A stretch of 64,000 nucleotides of DNA from positions 70,864 through 134,863 of the forward strand of contig DCFU01000046.1 in the NCBI GenBank assembly GCA_002319795.1, given 5' to 3'. The translations under genes were made by a program, and so were the position numbers. The stretch is from Megamonas sp. UBA1796. Its GTDB lineage: Bacteria; Bacillota; Negativicutes; Selenomonadales; Selenomonadaceae. The notes under the pieces are model-generated. The model ran no database searches. It was not told where the DNA came from and worked only from the letters and a program-made list of their open reading frames with translations. Shown piece after piece: positions 9,819 to 19,552 of this stretch (the stretch's first letter is position 1; each line of letters begins with the position of its first letter).

Positions 9819-11300
9819 TTATCTGAATTTCCATGCTATATCAGCAAGCAATAAATTCTGCTTAAATTTAGCAATATCTGTATCCCTGGTAATATGAACA
9901 AATTCTATGTCCATGATTTCCGCCCAGTCAGCAAGCTGTTCGGCTGTAACACTATAACTCAGCACACTATGATGTGCTCCGCCTGCAATAATCCATGCTT
10001 CAGCTGCAGTTTCAAGATTGGGCAGCGGTTTCCACATGACACGAGCCACAGGCAGATTCGGCATTGGAAGAATTGGCTTAACCGCTTCAACATCGCTCAC
10101 AATAAGGCGCATACGACCGCCCATATCTATAAGTGAGGCCGTAACAGCCGATCCTGCCTTCCCCTCAAATACAAGACGAGCCGGAGCTGCTTTGCCGCCG
10201 ATACCAAGCGGATGCACCTCAATCCTCGGGCGGTCTGCTGCTACGCTTGGGCACACCTCAAGCATATGCGCACCTAAAATAAGGCTCTCACCATGAGCAG
10301 TAAAATTATAAGTATAGTCCTCCATAAGGGCTGTCCCTTTGTCCTCACCCTGCGCAATATATTTCATTACACTCGCAAGCGCTGCAACCTTCCAATCTCC
10401 CTCCGGACCAAAGCCATACCCTTGGGCTGTAAGATTCTGCGTTGCCAGTCCCGGCAGCTGTTCCATGCCATAAAGATCATCAAAATGATTGACGAACCCA
10501 TCAAATTCTCCCTGAACAAGAAAATTTTCCATAGCAATTTCCATTTTTGCCTGATAGCGCACGGAATCCACATCATCTGTATGCATTGTATATTTTTTCT
10601 CATATTCCTTCATACGTGCATCAATTTCAGTCTCCGTTACCTTATCGATATACGTAACGAGCTCTCCTACCGGATAAGTATTCACAGACCAGCCAAATTT
10701 AATCTGGGTTTCAACTTTATCCCCCTCGGTCACAGCAACATCCCGCATATTATCAGAAAAACGGGCTATCTTAACTTTACGACTTGCCAGTACACCGTAG
10801 GCCGTACGCATCCAGCCCGCCATCTTTTTTTGTACAGCCGCATCCTCCCAATAACCTACAACGACCTTGCGCGGCAAACGCATACGGGCACCTATAAAAC
10901 CATGTTCCCGATCACCATGTGCCGACTGGTTAAGATTCATAAAATCCATATCAATAGCTTCATTTGGAATCTCACGATTAAACTGCGTATGAAGATGTAA
11001 ATATGGTTTTTGAAGCTTACCCAACCCACGAATCCACATCTTGGAAGGGGAAAACGTATGCATCCATGTAATGATTCCCGCACATTTTTTATCATGGTTT
11101 GCATCGTCTATAACCTGTTCAATGGCATCGGAAGTTGTCGCTACCAATTTATAGACAACCCTGCCCGGCAAACGCCCAGCCGCATTAAACCCATCCGCCA
11201 TTTTCTCCGCATGGGCAGCTACCTGTTCCAGGGCTTCTGCACCATACAAATACTGGCTCCCAACAATGAACCAGAACTCCACATCCTTTAAAGCTATCAT
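9819..11300 (-). CDS. araA: L-arabinose isomerase
   Basis: The 493 aa product begins FWFIVGSQYLYGAEALEQV and shows AraA-type conservation along its full length. Confidence 0.95.
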   Translation of the reverse strand: MIALKDVEFWFIVGSQYLYGAEALEQVAAHAEKMADGFNAAGRLPGRVVYKLVATTSDAIEQVIDDANHDKKCAGIITWMHTFSPSKMWIRGLGKLQKPYLHLHTQFNREIPNEAIDMDFMNLNQSAHGDREHGFIGARMRLPRKVVVGYWEDAAVQKKMAGWMRTAYGVLASRKVKIARFSDNMRDVAVTEGDKVETQIKFGWSVNTYPVGELVTYIDKVTETEIDARMKEYEKKYTMHTDDVDSVRYQAKMEIAMENFLVQGEFDGFVNHFDDLYGMEQLPGLATQNLTAQGYGFGPEGDWKVAALASVMKYIAQGEDKGTALMEDYTYNFTAHGESLILGAHMLEVCPSVAADRPRIEVHPLGIGGKAAPARLVFEGKAGSAVTASLIDMGGRMRLIVSDVEAVKPILPMPNLPVARVMWKPLPNLETAAEAWIIAGGAHHSVLSYSVTAEQLADWAEIMDIEFVHITRDTDIAKFKQNLLLADIAWKFR

Positions 11301-11339
11301 ATTATCGATTCCTCCCGTCTTTTTCGCTTTTATTTCTCT

Positions 11340-13025
11340 TCATTTAGACAACATACCCTTGCTCTTGACTGCAATCTTCAGTGCTTTGAGGCGTTTCATT
11401 GCGTCGTTGGCACCACGGCCAAAATAATCATGCAGCAGATCGTACTCTGCATAGAGCCTATCATAGACGGCTGCAGCCCCGGGTTCCGGCGCATAAACAA
11501 CATCTCTGAGATTTCCCATCTCACGCGCCGCCTGGAACACATCATCATAGCCGCCGTTCTTCCTGCCTGCTGCTACTGCACCAAATATAGCTGAACCCAG
11601 CGCCGGCCCTTGGCTTGAACCTGCAATCCTTACCGGTAAATTAATAACATCTGCATAAATCTGCATAGCCATGGGATTCTTTTGTGAAATGCCTCCCGAG
11701 GCATAAAATTCATGAATAGGCACCCCATTTTGTTTAAAGGTCTCAATAATCTTACGTGTACCATAAGCCGTAGCCTCAATAAGCGCACGATACATTTCTT
11801 CCGGCTTCGTCTGCAGGGTCAAACCGATCATAAGTCCTGTAAGGTCCACATCGACAAGCACCGAGCGGTTGCCGTTCCACCAGTCCAGCGCTACAAGCCC
11901 CGATTCGCCCGGTTGGAGCTTCTCCGCAAGCTCTGTAAGATACGCATGAATATTTTTGCCCGCTTTTGCCGCAGCCTCTTCATACGACGCCGGCACACAA
12001 TTTTTGACAAACCAGGCAAAGTGATCTCCCACACAGGATTGCCCTGCTTCATAGCCGAAGAATCCTGGCATAATGCCGTCCTCCACTACACCGCACATCC
12101 CTGGCACATTTTTCTCTTTTTTCCCCAACAGCACATGGCAAGTCGAGGTTCCCATAATTCCCAGCATCTTGCCTTCTGCATCAATCTTGACAGCCGGGAT
12201 TGTCACATGGGCATCGACATTGCCTATAGCAACAGCCGTCCCTGCCCTGAGTCCTGTAAGCCTTGCCATCGCCTCTGTGACTTCGCCTGCTTTACGGCCA
12301 AGCGGCGTGACCGGACAACCCATCTTCTCTTCAATTACATTTTCCATACGCGGATCCAGCGCCTTGAAAAATTCTTTTGATGGATAGCCTTCCCGTTTGC
12401 TCCAAATTCCTTTATATCCAGCCGTACAGGAATTTCTGGTCTGCACCCCTGTAAGCTGCCAAATAATCCAGTCTGCTGCCTCTACAAAGTAGTCCATAGC
12501 CTCGTAGACCTCAGGTGCCTCACTGAGCACCTGCCAAAGTTTTGGGAACTCCCATTCCGAGGAAATCTTACCGCCATAACGTGCCAGCCAGCTCTCACCC
12601 ATTTTTTCGGCAATCTCATTGAGCGCATTCGCTTTGTCCTGCGCCGCATGATGCTTCCAAAGCTTTACATATGCATGCGGATTATGTCTGAATTCAGGCA
12701 AAAAACACATGGGTGTACCGTCTTTCTTGACTGGCAGCACCGTACACGCGGTGAAATCGGTACCAACTCCGACCACATCCGCAGCATCCACACCGGCCTG
12801 CTTCAGTACATCCGGTATCGTATGCTCCAACACATCAATATAATCCTGTGGATCCTGCAATGCCCAGTCTACCCCCAATCGAGTACCATCGGGAAGTTCC
12901 GTATCCATAACGGCATGCGGATAATCATAGACACTGCTCGCGAGCTCTTTTCCCGTACCAATTTCCACCAGCACCGCCCTGCCCGAAAGAGAACCGTAGT
13001 CAATTCCGATTGAATACTTTGACAT
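11340..13025 (-). CDS. araB: Ribulokinase
   Basis: The product begins [20 protein letters not shown], a FGGY kinase N-terminus, and is about 560 aa. I chose the start at 13025, after GGAGGAG. The track ORF carries a 21 aa extension. Confidence 0.9.
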   Translation of the reverse strand: MSKYSIGIDYGSLSGRAVLVEIGTGKELASSVYDYPHAVMDTELPDGTRLGVDWALQDPQDYIDVLEHTIPDVLKQAGVDAADVVGVGTDFTACTVLPVKKDGTPMCFLPEFRHNPHAYVKLWKHHAAQDKANALNEIAEKMGESWLARYGGKISSEWEFPKLWQVLSEAPEVYEAMDYFVEAADWIIWQLTGVQTRNSCTAGYKGIWSKREGYPSKEFFKALDPRMENVIEEKMGCPVTPLGRKAGEVTEAMARLTGLRAGTAVAIGNVDAHVTIPAVKIDAEGKMLGIMGTSTCHVLLGKKEKNVPGMCGVVEDGIMPGFFGYEAGQSCVGDHFAWFVKNCVPASYEEAAAKAGKNIHAYLTELAEKLQPGESGLVALDWWNGNRSVLVDVDLTGLMIGLTLQTKPEEMYRALIEATAYGTRKIIETFKQNGVPIHEFYASGGISQKNPMAMQIYADVINLPVRIAGSSQGPALGSAIFGAVAAGRKNGGYDDVFQAAREMGNLRDVVYAPEPGAAAVYDRLYAEYDLLHDYFGRGANDAMKRLKALKIAVKSKGMLSK

Positions 13026-13184
13026 TTCTCTATCTCCTCCTGAATGAATTTCATGGTCATCATACAACATAACAAATTTATCATACATATATTTACAGTA
13101 TACACTTCATTTTGTGCTTTTTCAATAGGTTTTTAAAAATTTATGAATTATCGAACTTTTCTCTCTGCAAAACAGAGGGAGATA

Positions 13185-14300
13185 TTATTTCCACCTCTTC
13201 ACGGAATCACGTTCCACAAGCTGCGGCGGGAATTTTACTTCTATTTCAATTTCCTCACGCTCAATAAGTTTCAGCAAATTTTGCGCAGCTACACGTCCCA
13301 GTTCCTCTTTGGGATGCACAAAAGTCGTAAGGCCAACACGATCGGCAGTTGCCAGATTGGAATCATCGAACGATATCAGGGACAAGTCCTCTGGAACCCG
13401 GATATGCTCCCGGCCTGCAAGCTCCAATATACGCGATGCCATCTGGTCATTATAGCAAATTGCAGCGGTACATCCTTTTATACGATGCAATACACCCTTT
13501 TCCATTATCTCAATAGAAGCGTCATCCAGTTCCATATCCTCGGTCGTATACCAAATCGTGCTGTTCTCCTGCAGCGGCAGCTTATGCTTAGTCAGTTCAC
13601 TCGCGCAGCCTGCATAACGCAGATGCCCTTGTATATCATCCGATTTAAATACACCTGCTATTTTTCTGTGCCCCTTTTTGATAAGATAATTTGCCGCCTC
13701 CCTGCCGCAAGCATAATCATCCATCAATACGGAAGGAAAATTCAATCGCGGATATGCTGCATTGATGAATACACAAGGTATCCCCTGCCGGCGGATTTGC
13801 TTATACAATCCTTCATTTATATTTGGCAGCCCGCTCTTTGTCGGTTCTATGATGAGCCCATCAATCCCCTTGGCCAGCAAGGACGTAAGTATGTTGCGCT
13901 CATTCTCTACCTTATTATACGTAATGGAAAGCTGCATCGTGTATCCACCGTCTGTAAGCACACCATCAATCCCACGAATGATGCTCGGGAAAAGGTAATC
14001 ATCGAGATACGTAGTAACTACACCGATATTCATAGTAACAGCCCGCTGCACTACACATGTAGAGGCAACATACGTACCGCTGCCACGACGACGTTCAAGA
14101 ATACCGCTATTTTCCAGGATACTCGTTGCCTGTCGTACCGTCTGGCGGCTCAGTCCGAACTGTTGACTAAGCTCATTTTCTGATTGCAACCGATTTCCTA
14201 CCGCAAGTTCCCCATCCGTGATTTGCTTTTTTATCCAACTGACAATCCTCAAATACTTCGGCTCAGTCTTTTTCTTTTCCAAATAAATCCCCTCACCCAA
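13185..14300 (-). CDS. araR: Arabinose repressor AraR (GntR-type HTH plus LacI/PBP-like sugar-binding domain)
   Basis: The N-terminus has a GntR wHTH (SENELSQQFGLSRQTVRQATSILENSGILERRRGSGTYV). The C-terminus is periplasmic-binding-like. It is adjacent to araBAD. The start is ambiguous: TTG at 14300, or TTG at 14282 preceded by GAGGGGA. Confidence 0.8.
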   Translation of the reverse strand: MGEGIYLEKKKTEPKYLRIVSWIKKQITDGELAVGNRLQSENELSQQFGLSRQTVRQATSILENSGILERRRGSGTYVASTCVVQRAVTMNIGVVTTYLDDYLFPSIIRGIDGVLTDGGYTMQLSITYNKVENERNILTSLLAKGIDGLIIEPTKSGLPNINEGLYKQIRRQGIPCVFINAAYPRLNFPSVLMDDYACGREAANYLIKKGHRKIAGVFKSDDIQGHLRYAGCASELTKHKLPLQENSTIWYTTEDMELDDASIEIMEKGVLHRIKGCTAAICYNDQMASRILELAGREHIRVPEDLSLISFDDSNLATADRVGLTTFVHPKEELGRVAAQNLLKLIEREEIEIEVKFPPQLVERDSVKRWK

Positions 14301-14397
14301 ACATAAAATGACGCACTTTTGTGAAAATTTCCTCTAAAGCAAGACATAGTATATTTATTTTCAATTATTAACATACCACAAATCACTTAGAGATGCA

Positions 14398-14436
14398 ATA
14401 AAAAGCATACAAATATTTAAATATTTGTATGCTTTT
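14398..14436 (-). terminator. Perfect 34 bp palindrome / terminator after galM
   Basis: AAAGCATACAAATATTT|AAATATTTGTATGCTTT spans 14402-14435. It is flanked by A- and T-runs on both sides, so it is bidirectional in form. Confidence 0.6.
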
Positions 14437-14478
14437 CTATTATTTTTCCATACATTTATTGCAACATGTTGTATCACA

Positions 14479-15540
14479 CTATTTTTTATTACCAAAAGCA
14501 TACAGGGTACGTGCTTTCCATATATTCCCTTTTTTGAGAAGTGGCTGATCAAAGGCCGGATGTGCCAATGCATTTGGAAAGTACTGGGGTTCCAGACAAA
14601 AACCGGAGCGTCTGCCAAACGCAGTCCCATTTTTGCCCAAAGGCCTGCCATCCAGATAATTACCACTATAAAACTGCACCCCAGGCTGTGTCGTATAAGC
14701 TGTAAGCGTAATCCCTGTTTCATCCGATTCCGCATAAGCCATTTTGCGCAGTCCATCCAAAAAACCGCAAGGTTCATTACGAACTACCCAGTTATGATCA
14801 TAGCCACCTGCCCAACGAAGTTGTTCATAAGCATCGTCAATATGTTCCCCAATTGGTATTGGCCTGCGCAAATCCAGCGGAGTCCCCGCAACCGGCAGAA
14901 TTTTCCCATCCGGCAGTGATTCCTGATCGGTTTCCGTATATTCATCAGCAAAAATCTGAATACACTGCTTCAGCACAGATCCGCTCGCAAAACCGGCAAG
15001 ATTAAAATACGTATGATTTGTAAGATTGCATATTGTATCCGCATCAGACAGTGCCTCATAATATATGCCAAAAGCATTATCATCTGACAATGAATATAGC
15101 ACGGTAACCCTGAGTTCCCCCGGGTAATTTCCCTCTCCCGCCGGACTTACATAAGAAAGCCTTAATCCCTCCCCACAGGGTTCTGCCTGCCAAAGACGCT
15201 TATTAAAGCCTGCAAAGCCTCCATGCAAATGATTTTTCCCGTCGTTGCAATCAAGCTGGTAGGATTTCCCGTTGATGGTAACCTGCCCACGTGCCAGACG
15301 ATTGCCACAACGTCCAATAAGTGCACCGATATATTTATCCTCCTGCTCATAGGTTCCAATGGCATCATAGCCAAGTGCAACATCAATAAATTTCCCATTT
15401 CTGTCCGGCATCAAAAGAGCCTGTACATGCCCACCATAGTCAGATGCTCTCAGTTCCGCCCCCCGCGCGTTGCGCAGTGTATAAAGATGTGCCATACGTC
15501 CATCCTGAAGTTTCCCAAAGTCCTCACAAATAATATCCAT
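14479..15540 (-). CDS. galM: Aldose 1-epimerase (mutarotase)
   Basis: The 353 aa product contains GRCGNRLARG...HLHGG...NLTNHTYFNL...GFCLEPQ, the GalM family motifs. Confidence 0.9.
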   Translation of the reverse strand: MDIICEDFGKLQDGRMAHLYTLRNARGAELRASDYGGHVQALLMPDRNGKFIDVALGYDAIGTYEQEDKYIGALIGRCGNRLARGQVTINGKSYQLDCNDGKNHLHGGFAGFNKRLWQAEPCGEGLRLSYVSPAGEGNYPGELRVTVLYSLSDDNAFGIYYEALSDADTICNLTNHTYFNLAGFASGSVLKQCIQIFADEYTETDQESLPDGKILPVAGTPLDLRRPIPIGEHIDDAYEQLRWAGGYDHNWVVRNEPCGFLDGLRKMAYAESDETGITLTAYTTQPGVQFYSGNYLDGRPLGKNGTAFGRRSGFCLEPQYFPNALAHPAFDQPLLKKGNIWKARTLYAFGNKK

Positions 15541-15570
15541 AGCTTCCTGTTCCCCCTCTCATAAACTTTA

Positions 15571-16218
15571 TTACAAACGGCTGATATCTATAGAGCCAAT
15601 ATCATCCACGATATGATCCGCATGCGACAAGTCCTGTTTCCCAGAACCGGGATTACGATACGCAATACAATACATCCCCGCCTGTTTGGCAGCAGCTACG
15701 CCCGAAGCCGCATCCTCCAATACGATACAATCCGCCGGCCGCTCTCCAAGCTTTTCAGCCGCGGCAAGATAGACGGCTGGATCCGGTTTTCCTTTGGGAA
15801 GATCCGCTCCACTCACTATGACTTTAAAAACTCCTGCAAGGCTGAGTTTCTTCAGAACCGCTCTTATAATCAGGCTGCCCGCTGAAGAGGCTACCGCCAG
15901 CGGTATCTCTGCCTGCCTGAGTTTTCCTATGAGCTGCAGTGTTCCGGCAATAGCTTTCACCTCCGTCCCATCCCGCAATATATCGAGATACAATTGATGC
16001 TTGTAGGCAATGAGTTCCCCCACTTCCGGACCATCCTCCTGCCCAGACTCCTGTAATGCGTCAGCAAACAAAGCTCGGCTTGTACGCCCCATATATTCTA
16101 CAAGCCGCCTCTCATCAAACGGAATACCATAATGACGGAAGGTGGCGAGCTTGGTGCGCGAATGTACCGCCTCACTGTCGACAATCACACCATCCATATC
16201 GAAAATAAACGCTCTCAT
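15571..16218 (-). CDS. HAD-superfamily phosphatase (beta-phosphoglucomutase-like subfamily IA)
   Basis: The product begins MRAFIFDMDGVIVDSE (the DxDG motif) and later has KGKPDPAVYL and LEDAASGVAAAKQAGM. I chose the start at 16218. Confidence 0.8.
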   Translation of the reverse strand: MRAFIFDMDGVIVDSEAVHSRTKLATFRHYGIPFDERRLVEYMGRTSRALFADALQESGQEDGPEVGELIAYKHQLYLDILRDGTEVKAIAGTLQLIGKLRQAEIPLAVASSAGSLIIRAVLKKLSLAGVFKVIVSGADLPKGKPDPAVYLAAAEKLGERPADCIVLEDAASGVAAAKQAGMYCIAYRNPGSGKQDLSHADHIVDDIGSIDISRL

Positions 16219-16330
16219 GATTCCAAACTCCCCATTTCCATAAAAAAGATGCTGCACGCCACGCAGCACCGACAGAAGACAATTCTTAAACTGCTCTGCA
16301 CCGCAGACAGCATCAAAAAGCATCCGTCCA

Positions 16331-18043
16331 TTACTTTCCAGTCGCCCTGTCTTTCCCTGCTATAAGCTCCTCAAACTTTTCCATTGGCAAGGGTTTGGAA
16401 AAATAAAAACCCTGTATATTATCACAACCTATACCTTGCAAAAAGTCCACCTGAGGTCTTGTCTCTACACCCTCAATGACAACCGACATATCCAAATCTC
16501 GCGCCATCTTCACAACATTCTTCAGTATACCTGCCGCACGATCCGAATGCTCTATATCCTGTACAAAGTTCATAGCAACCTTTAAAATATCTACAGGCAT
16601 GTTCCTTAACATATTCAGAGAAGAGTATCCGTTGCCAAAATCATCCATGAGAATCTGCATGCCATACTCCTGGAATCTCTTAATTTGCGAAATGATCTGA
16701 CGTGGGTTATCCATATAAGCGCTCTCCGTAATCTCCAGCTTCAGCATCCACGGCTCAAGTGCATATTTCTCCAGCAGGCCCGTAATCGTATCGTAAAAAT
16801 CAGAGTTATAAAAATTAAGCCGGGATACGTTAACCGACACGGGTATGACCCGGTCCGTTTTCTTCCTCTGCTCCGCCAAAAAAACGCATACGGTTTCCCA
16901 AACGAAACGGTCCAGGCGAACAATAAAACCATTGCGCTCAAACACAGGAATAAACCGCCCCGGAGAAATAAGCCCCTGTGACGGATGTATCCATCGCACC
17001 AGCGCCTCAGCACTTACCGGACAATTTTCATTAATGCTGTAGATTGGCTGCAGATACACACAAAACTGCTTCTCCTCCAGCGCATATTCCATTTCCCGCA
17101 GGATCATCTGCTCATCAAGCACACGCTCACGCATTACATCATCATAATAAGCATAACGCACCGTATAATGCCCCTTTATCATATTGAGCGCCATATGTGC
17201 ACGGTCACACATCTGATCAACTGGCAGGAATACATTATCCACCGGATAAACCCCCACATAAAAAAGAATATTGTGGCAGATACCTAGGGACTGCACTGCA
17301 TTGTCAAGCCCTTCTACAAATGGCTTGATATCAAATCGGTCTGTCGGCAGGCAAAGAGCAAAATGATCCGCTTCCATACGACCACATATCCCATTACCCT
17401 CCGTTATCGCTTTTAAATAAACCGCTGCAGTTTTTAATATAAGATTTCCTGTTTCAATATGAAAAAGCCCATTGATAATCTTAAAGCTGCTGATATCCAA
17501 ATATACGATATTATACGGAATTTCCGGATCATCCTGCAATAGAGATGCAGCTTTTTCAAAAAAGGCTGCACTATTATAAATACCTGTGAGAGAGTCCAGC
17601 TCAATATACCGACGCATTTCCACGATCTGTCGGTCCTTGGCGGTCTGCTCAAACCGCCACCACTCATTCTCGATCCGCGCCATAACATTTTGGACACGGC
17701 AGCGCACGATTGTGGGATTATACGGCTTTGTAATAAAATCTGCTGCGCCCATTTCTACAGCCTTGATCTCATTGTCGCCCTCATTGCGTGCCGTCGTGGC
17801 AATAACTGGTATTTCCGCATATTTTTCATTTTTCTTCAATATAGACAGCAGCTCAAAACCATTCATCTCCGGCATAACCAAATCCAGCAAAATAATATCA
17901 ACAGCCTGCTTTTCAATGACCTCCAGTGCTTCATGCCCATTTACCGCTTCGAGGATAAGATATTGGTTCTTAAAGAACTGGGATAAAATAATCCGATTTA
18001 TTTCCACGTCATCTACAATAAGCATGACCTTCTGCATTTCCAT
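16331..18043 (-). CDS. Response regulator with REC, a degenerate GGDEF domain and an EAL domain
   Basis: REC domain: KVMLIVDDVEINR...DIILLDLVMPEMNG. GGDEF position: GRMEADHFAL. EAL domain: EALVRW, EITES, DDFGNGYSS, EGVET, QGFYFSKP. I chose the start at 18043. Confidence 0.85.
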   Translation of the reverse strand: MEMQKVMLIVDDVEINRIILSQFFKNQYLILEAVNGHEALEVIEKQAVDIILLDLVMPEMNGFELLSILKKNEKYAEIPVIATTARNEGDNEIKAVEMGAADFITKPYNPTIVRCRVQNVMARIENEWWRFEQTAKDRQIVEMRRYIELDSLTGIYNSAAFFEKAASLLQDDPEIPYNIVYLDISSFKIINGLFHIETGNLILKTAAVYLKAITEGNGICGRMEADHFALCLPTDRFDIKPFVEGLDNAVQSLGICHNILFYVGVYPVDNVFLPVDQMCDRAHMALNMIKGHYTVRYAYYDDVMRERVLDEQMILREMEYALEEKQFCVYLQPIYSINENCPVSAEALVRWIHPSQGLISPGRFIPVFERNGFIVRLDRFVWETVCVFLAEQRKKTDRVIPVSVNVSRLNFYNSDFYDTITGLLEKYALEPWMLKLEITESAYMDNPRQIISQIKRFQEYGMQILMDDFGNGYSSLNMLRNMPVDILKVAMNFVQDIEHSDRAAGILKNVVKMARDLDMSVVIEGVETRPQVDFLQGIGCDNIQGFYFSKPLPMEKFEELIAGKDRATGK

Positions 18044-18219
18044 GTTTTCGCCTTCTTCTACCGAGATAAATGCCTGATATAAAAACAAAACAACTTGATT
18101 TTATTGTACCATAACCATATAATATTTTCATCTGTTTTTCCATAATCCTTACTTTACAGGTATAAACGCAATTATATACATCATATGCCATATAAAACAA
18201 TATAAGGAGGTCTATCCCA

Positions 18220-19377
18220 TTGGAACTTTCCCAGCATAATGCCTTGCAAATCGTCAAAGAAATCAACCGTGTACTGCCGCAAAAAATCAATCTCATGGAT
18301 AAGCACGGCATCATTATCGCAAGTAGCGATGCGAGCCGCATAGGCACTTTCCACAGCGGCGCAGCAAAAATGATTGCCGAAGACCTTGATGAACTTTGCA
18401 TCCATGGAAATGATGTCTACACCGGTGCACGGCCCGGTACAAATTTCCTGCTGTGTGTACAGGACATGCCCATAGGTGTCCTGGGCATTACAGGTTCTTA
18501 CAACGAAATCCTGCCCATCGCGCGTGTCATCAAAAAAATGACCGAAATGCTCGTAAATGAACAGGCACGTTTAAAGCAGCATGCCCGTCTCGAAGAAAAT
18601 CGCACCCGTTTCCTGCGTGAATGGCTCACCCACAGCAAAAACGCCATTAACAAAACATTCCTCAAGCGCGGACTGGCACTCGGCATTGATATTCATCGCC
18701 CCATGCGCTGCCTGACCTTACAGCTCACCATAAAACATGATACCGTTCCCGAAGGAATCGAGACTGTAATGCAGGAAAAAATCTACGAGCTTGACAGCCA
18801 GAGCCTTGTTTGTGCGACCATGACCGAAACAATTCTCCTGATACCGGCACGCAGCGATGAAAGCGCATATGAACTGGCCTTAGCTCTGAAAAATACCATA
18901 GAGTCCTGCCGCCCGGTACAGATAGCCATCGGCATAGATGCCACCGCCCCCAGCTATCTGTGTATGCATGACGCCTATATGCAGGCCCGAAAGGCTTTAC
19001 AGTCCTGCCTGCGTACCCAGAAAAACTCCATCAAATTTTACAAGGAACTTAACATAGAACTCTTTGCCGATGAAATACCCGATGCCGCAAAGCTCCAGTA
19101 TATCCATAAAATCTTCAGAGATTTCGCCGGCAACGAGCTTGCCAGTTGCATAAGCCTTCTTGAACTTTTCTATGAGAAAAATGGCTCCATAACACAGACC
19201 GCCGCACACCTTTTTATCCACAAAAACACTTTACAGCAACACCTGAAAAAAATTGCTGCCCGTACCGGCTACGATCCGCGTTCCCTGCATGACGCTGCTG
19301 TATTCTATATTGCCATTTACTTTTATCATGATATCATAAACAGCGGCCAGCACATCAACATTGACAATCGAAAATAG
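18220..19377 (+). CDS. cdaR: CdaR/PucR-family sugar-diacid transcriptional regulator
   Basis: The N-terminus is a diacid-recognition domain (QIVKEINRVLPQKINLMDKHGIIIASSDASRIGTFH). The C-terminus is a PucR-type HTH (ITQTAAHLFIHKNTLQQHLKKI). The start is a TTG 9 nt after AAGGAGG. Confidence 0.8.
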   Translation: MELSQHNALQIVKEINRVLPQKINLMDKHGIIIASSDASRIGTFHSGAAKMIAEDLDELCIHGNDVYTGARPGTNFLLCVQDMPIGVLGITGSYNEILPIARVIKKMTEMLVNEQARLKQHARLEENRTRFLREWLTHSKNAINKTFLKRGLALGIDIHRPMRCLTLQLTIKHDTVPEGIETVMQEKIYELDSQSLVCATMTETILLIPARSDESAYELALALKNTIESCRPVQIAIGIDATAPSYLCMHDAYMQARKALQSCLRTQKNSIKFYKELNIELFADEIPDAAKLQYIHKIFRDFAGNELASCISLLELFYEKNGSITQTAAHLFIHKNTLQQHLKKIAARTGYDPRSLHDAAVFYIAIYFYHDIINSGQHINIDNRK

Positions 19378-19552
19378 TTTTATGTTACCCATAACATAAA
19401 ATTACAAAAATAGGTATCTCTCATACTATATACCTGTAAACATTTATGTGTTAGAATTTTCAATATAACATAAGGAATCCCCGATGCATCCAGCCGTTTC
19501 TTTTCATCCCTGTTTCCTTAAATATACTATGATTCTAGAGGAGGTTATTTTC

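Noticed and set aside
14361-14777. A 138 aa minus-strand ORF spanning the galM 3' end and the palindrome.
   Set aside because: It overlaps galM out of frame and runs through the terminator palindrome. Its composition is implausible (W/M/C-rich) and it has no RBS.
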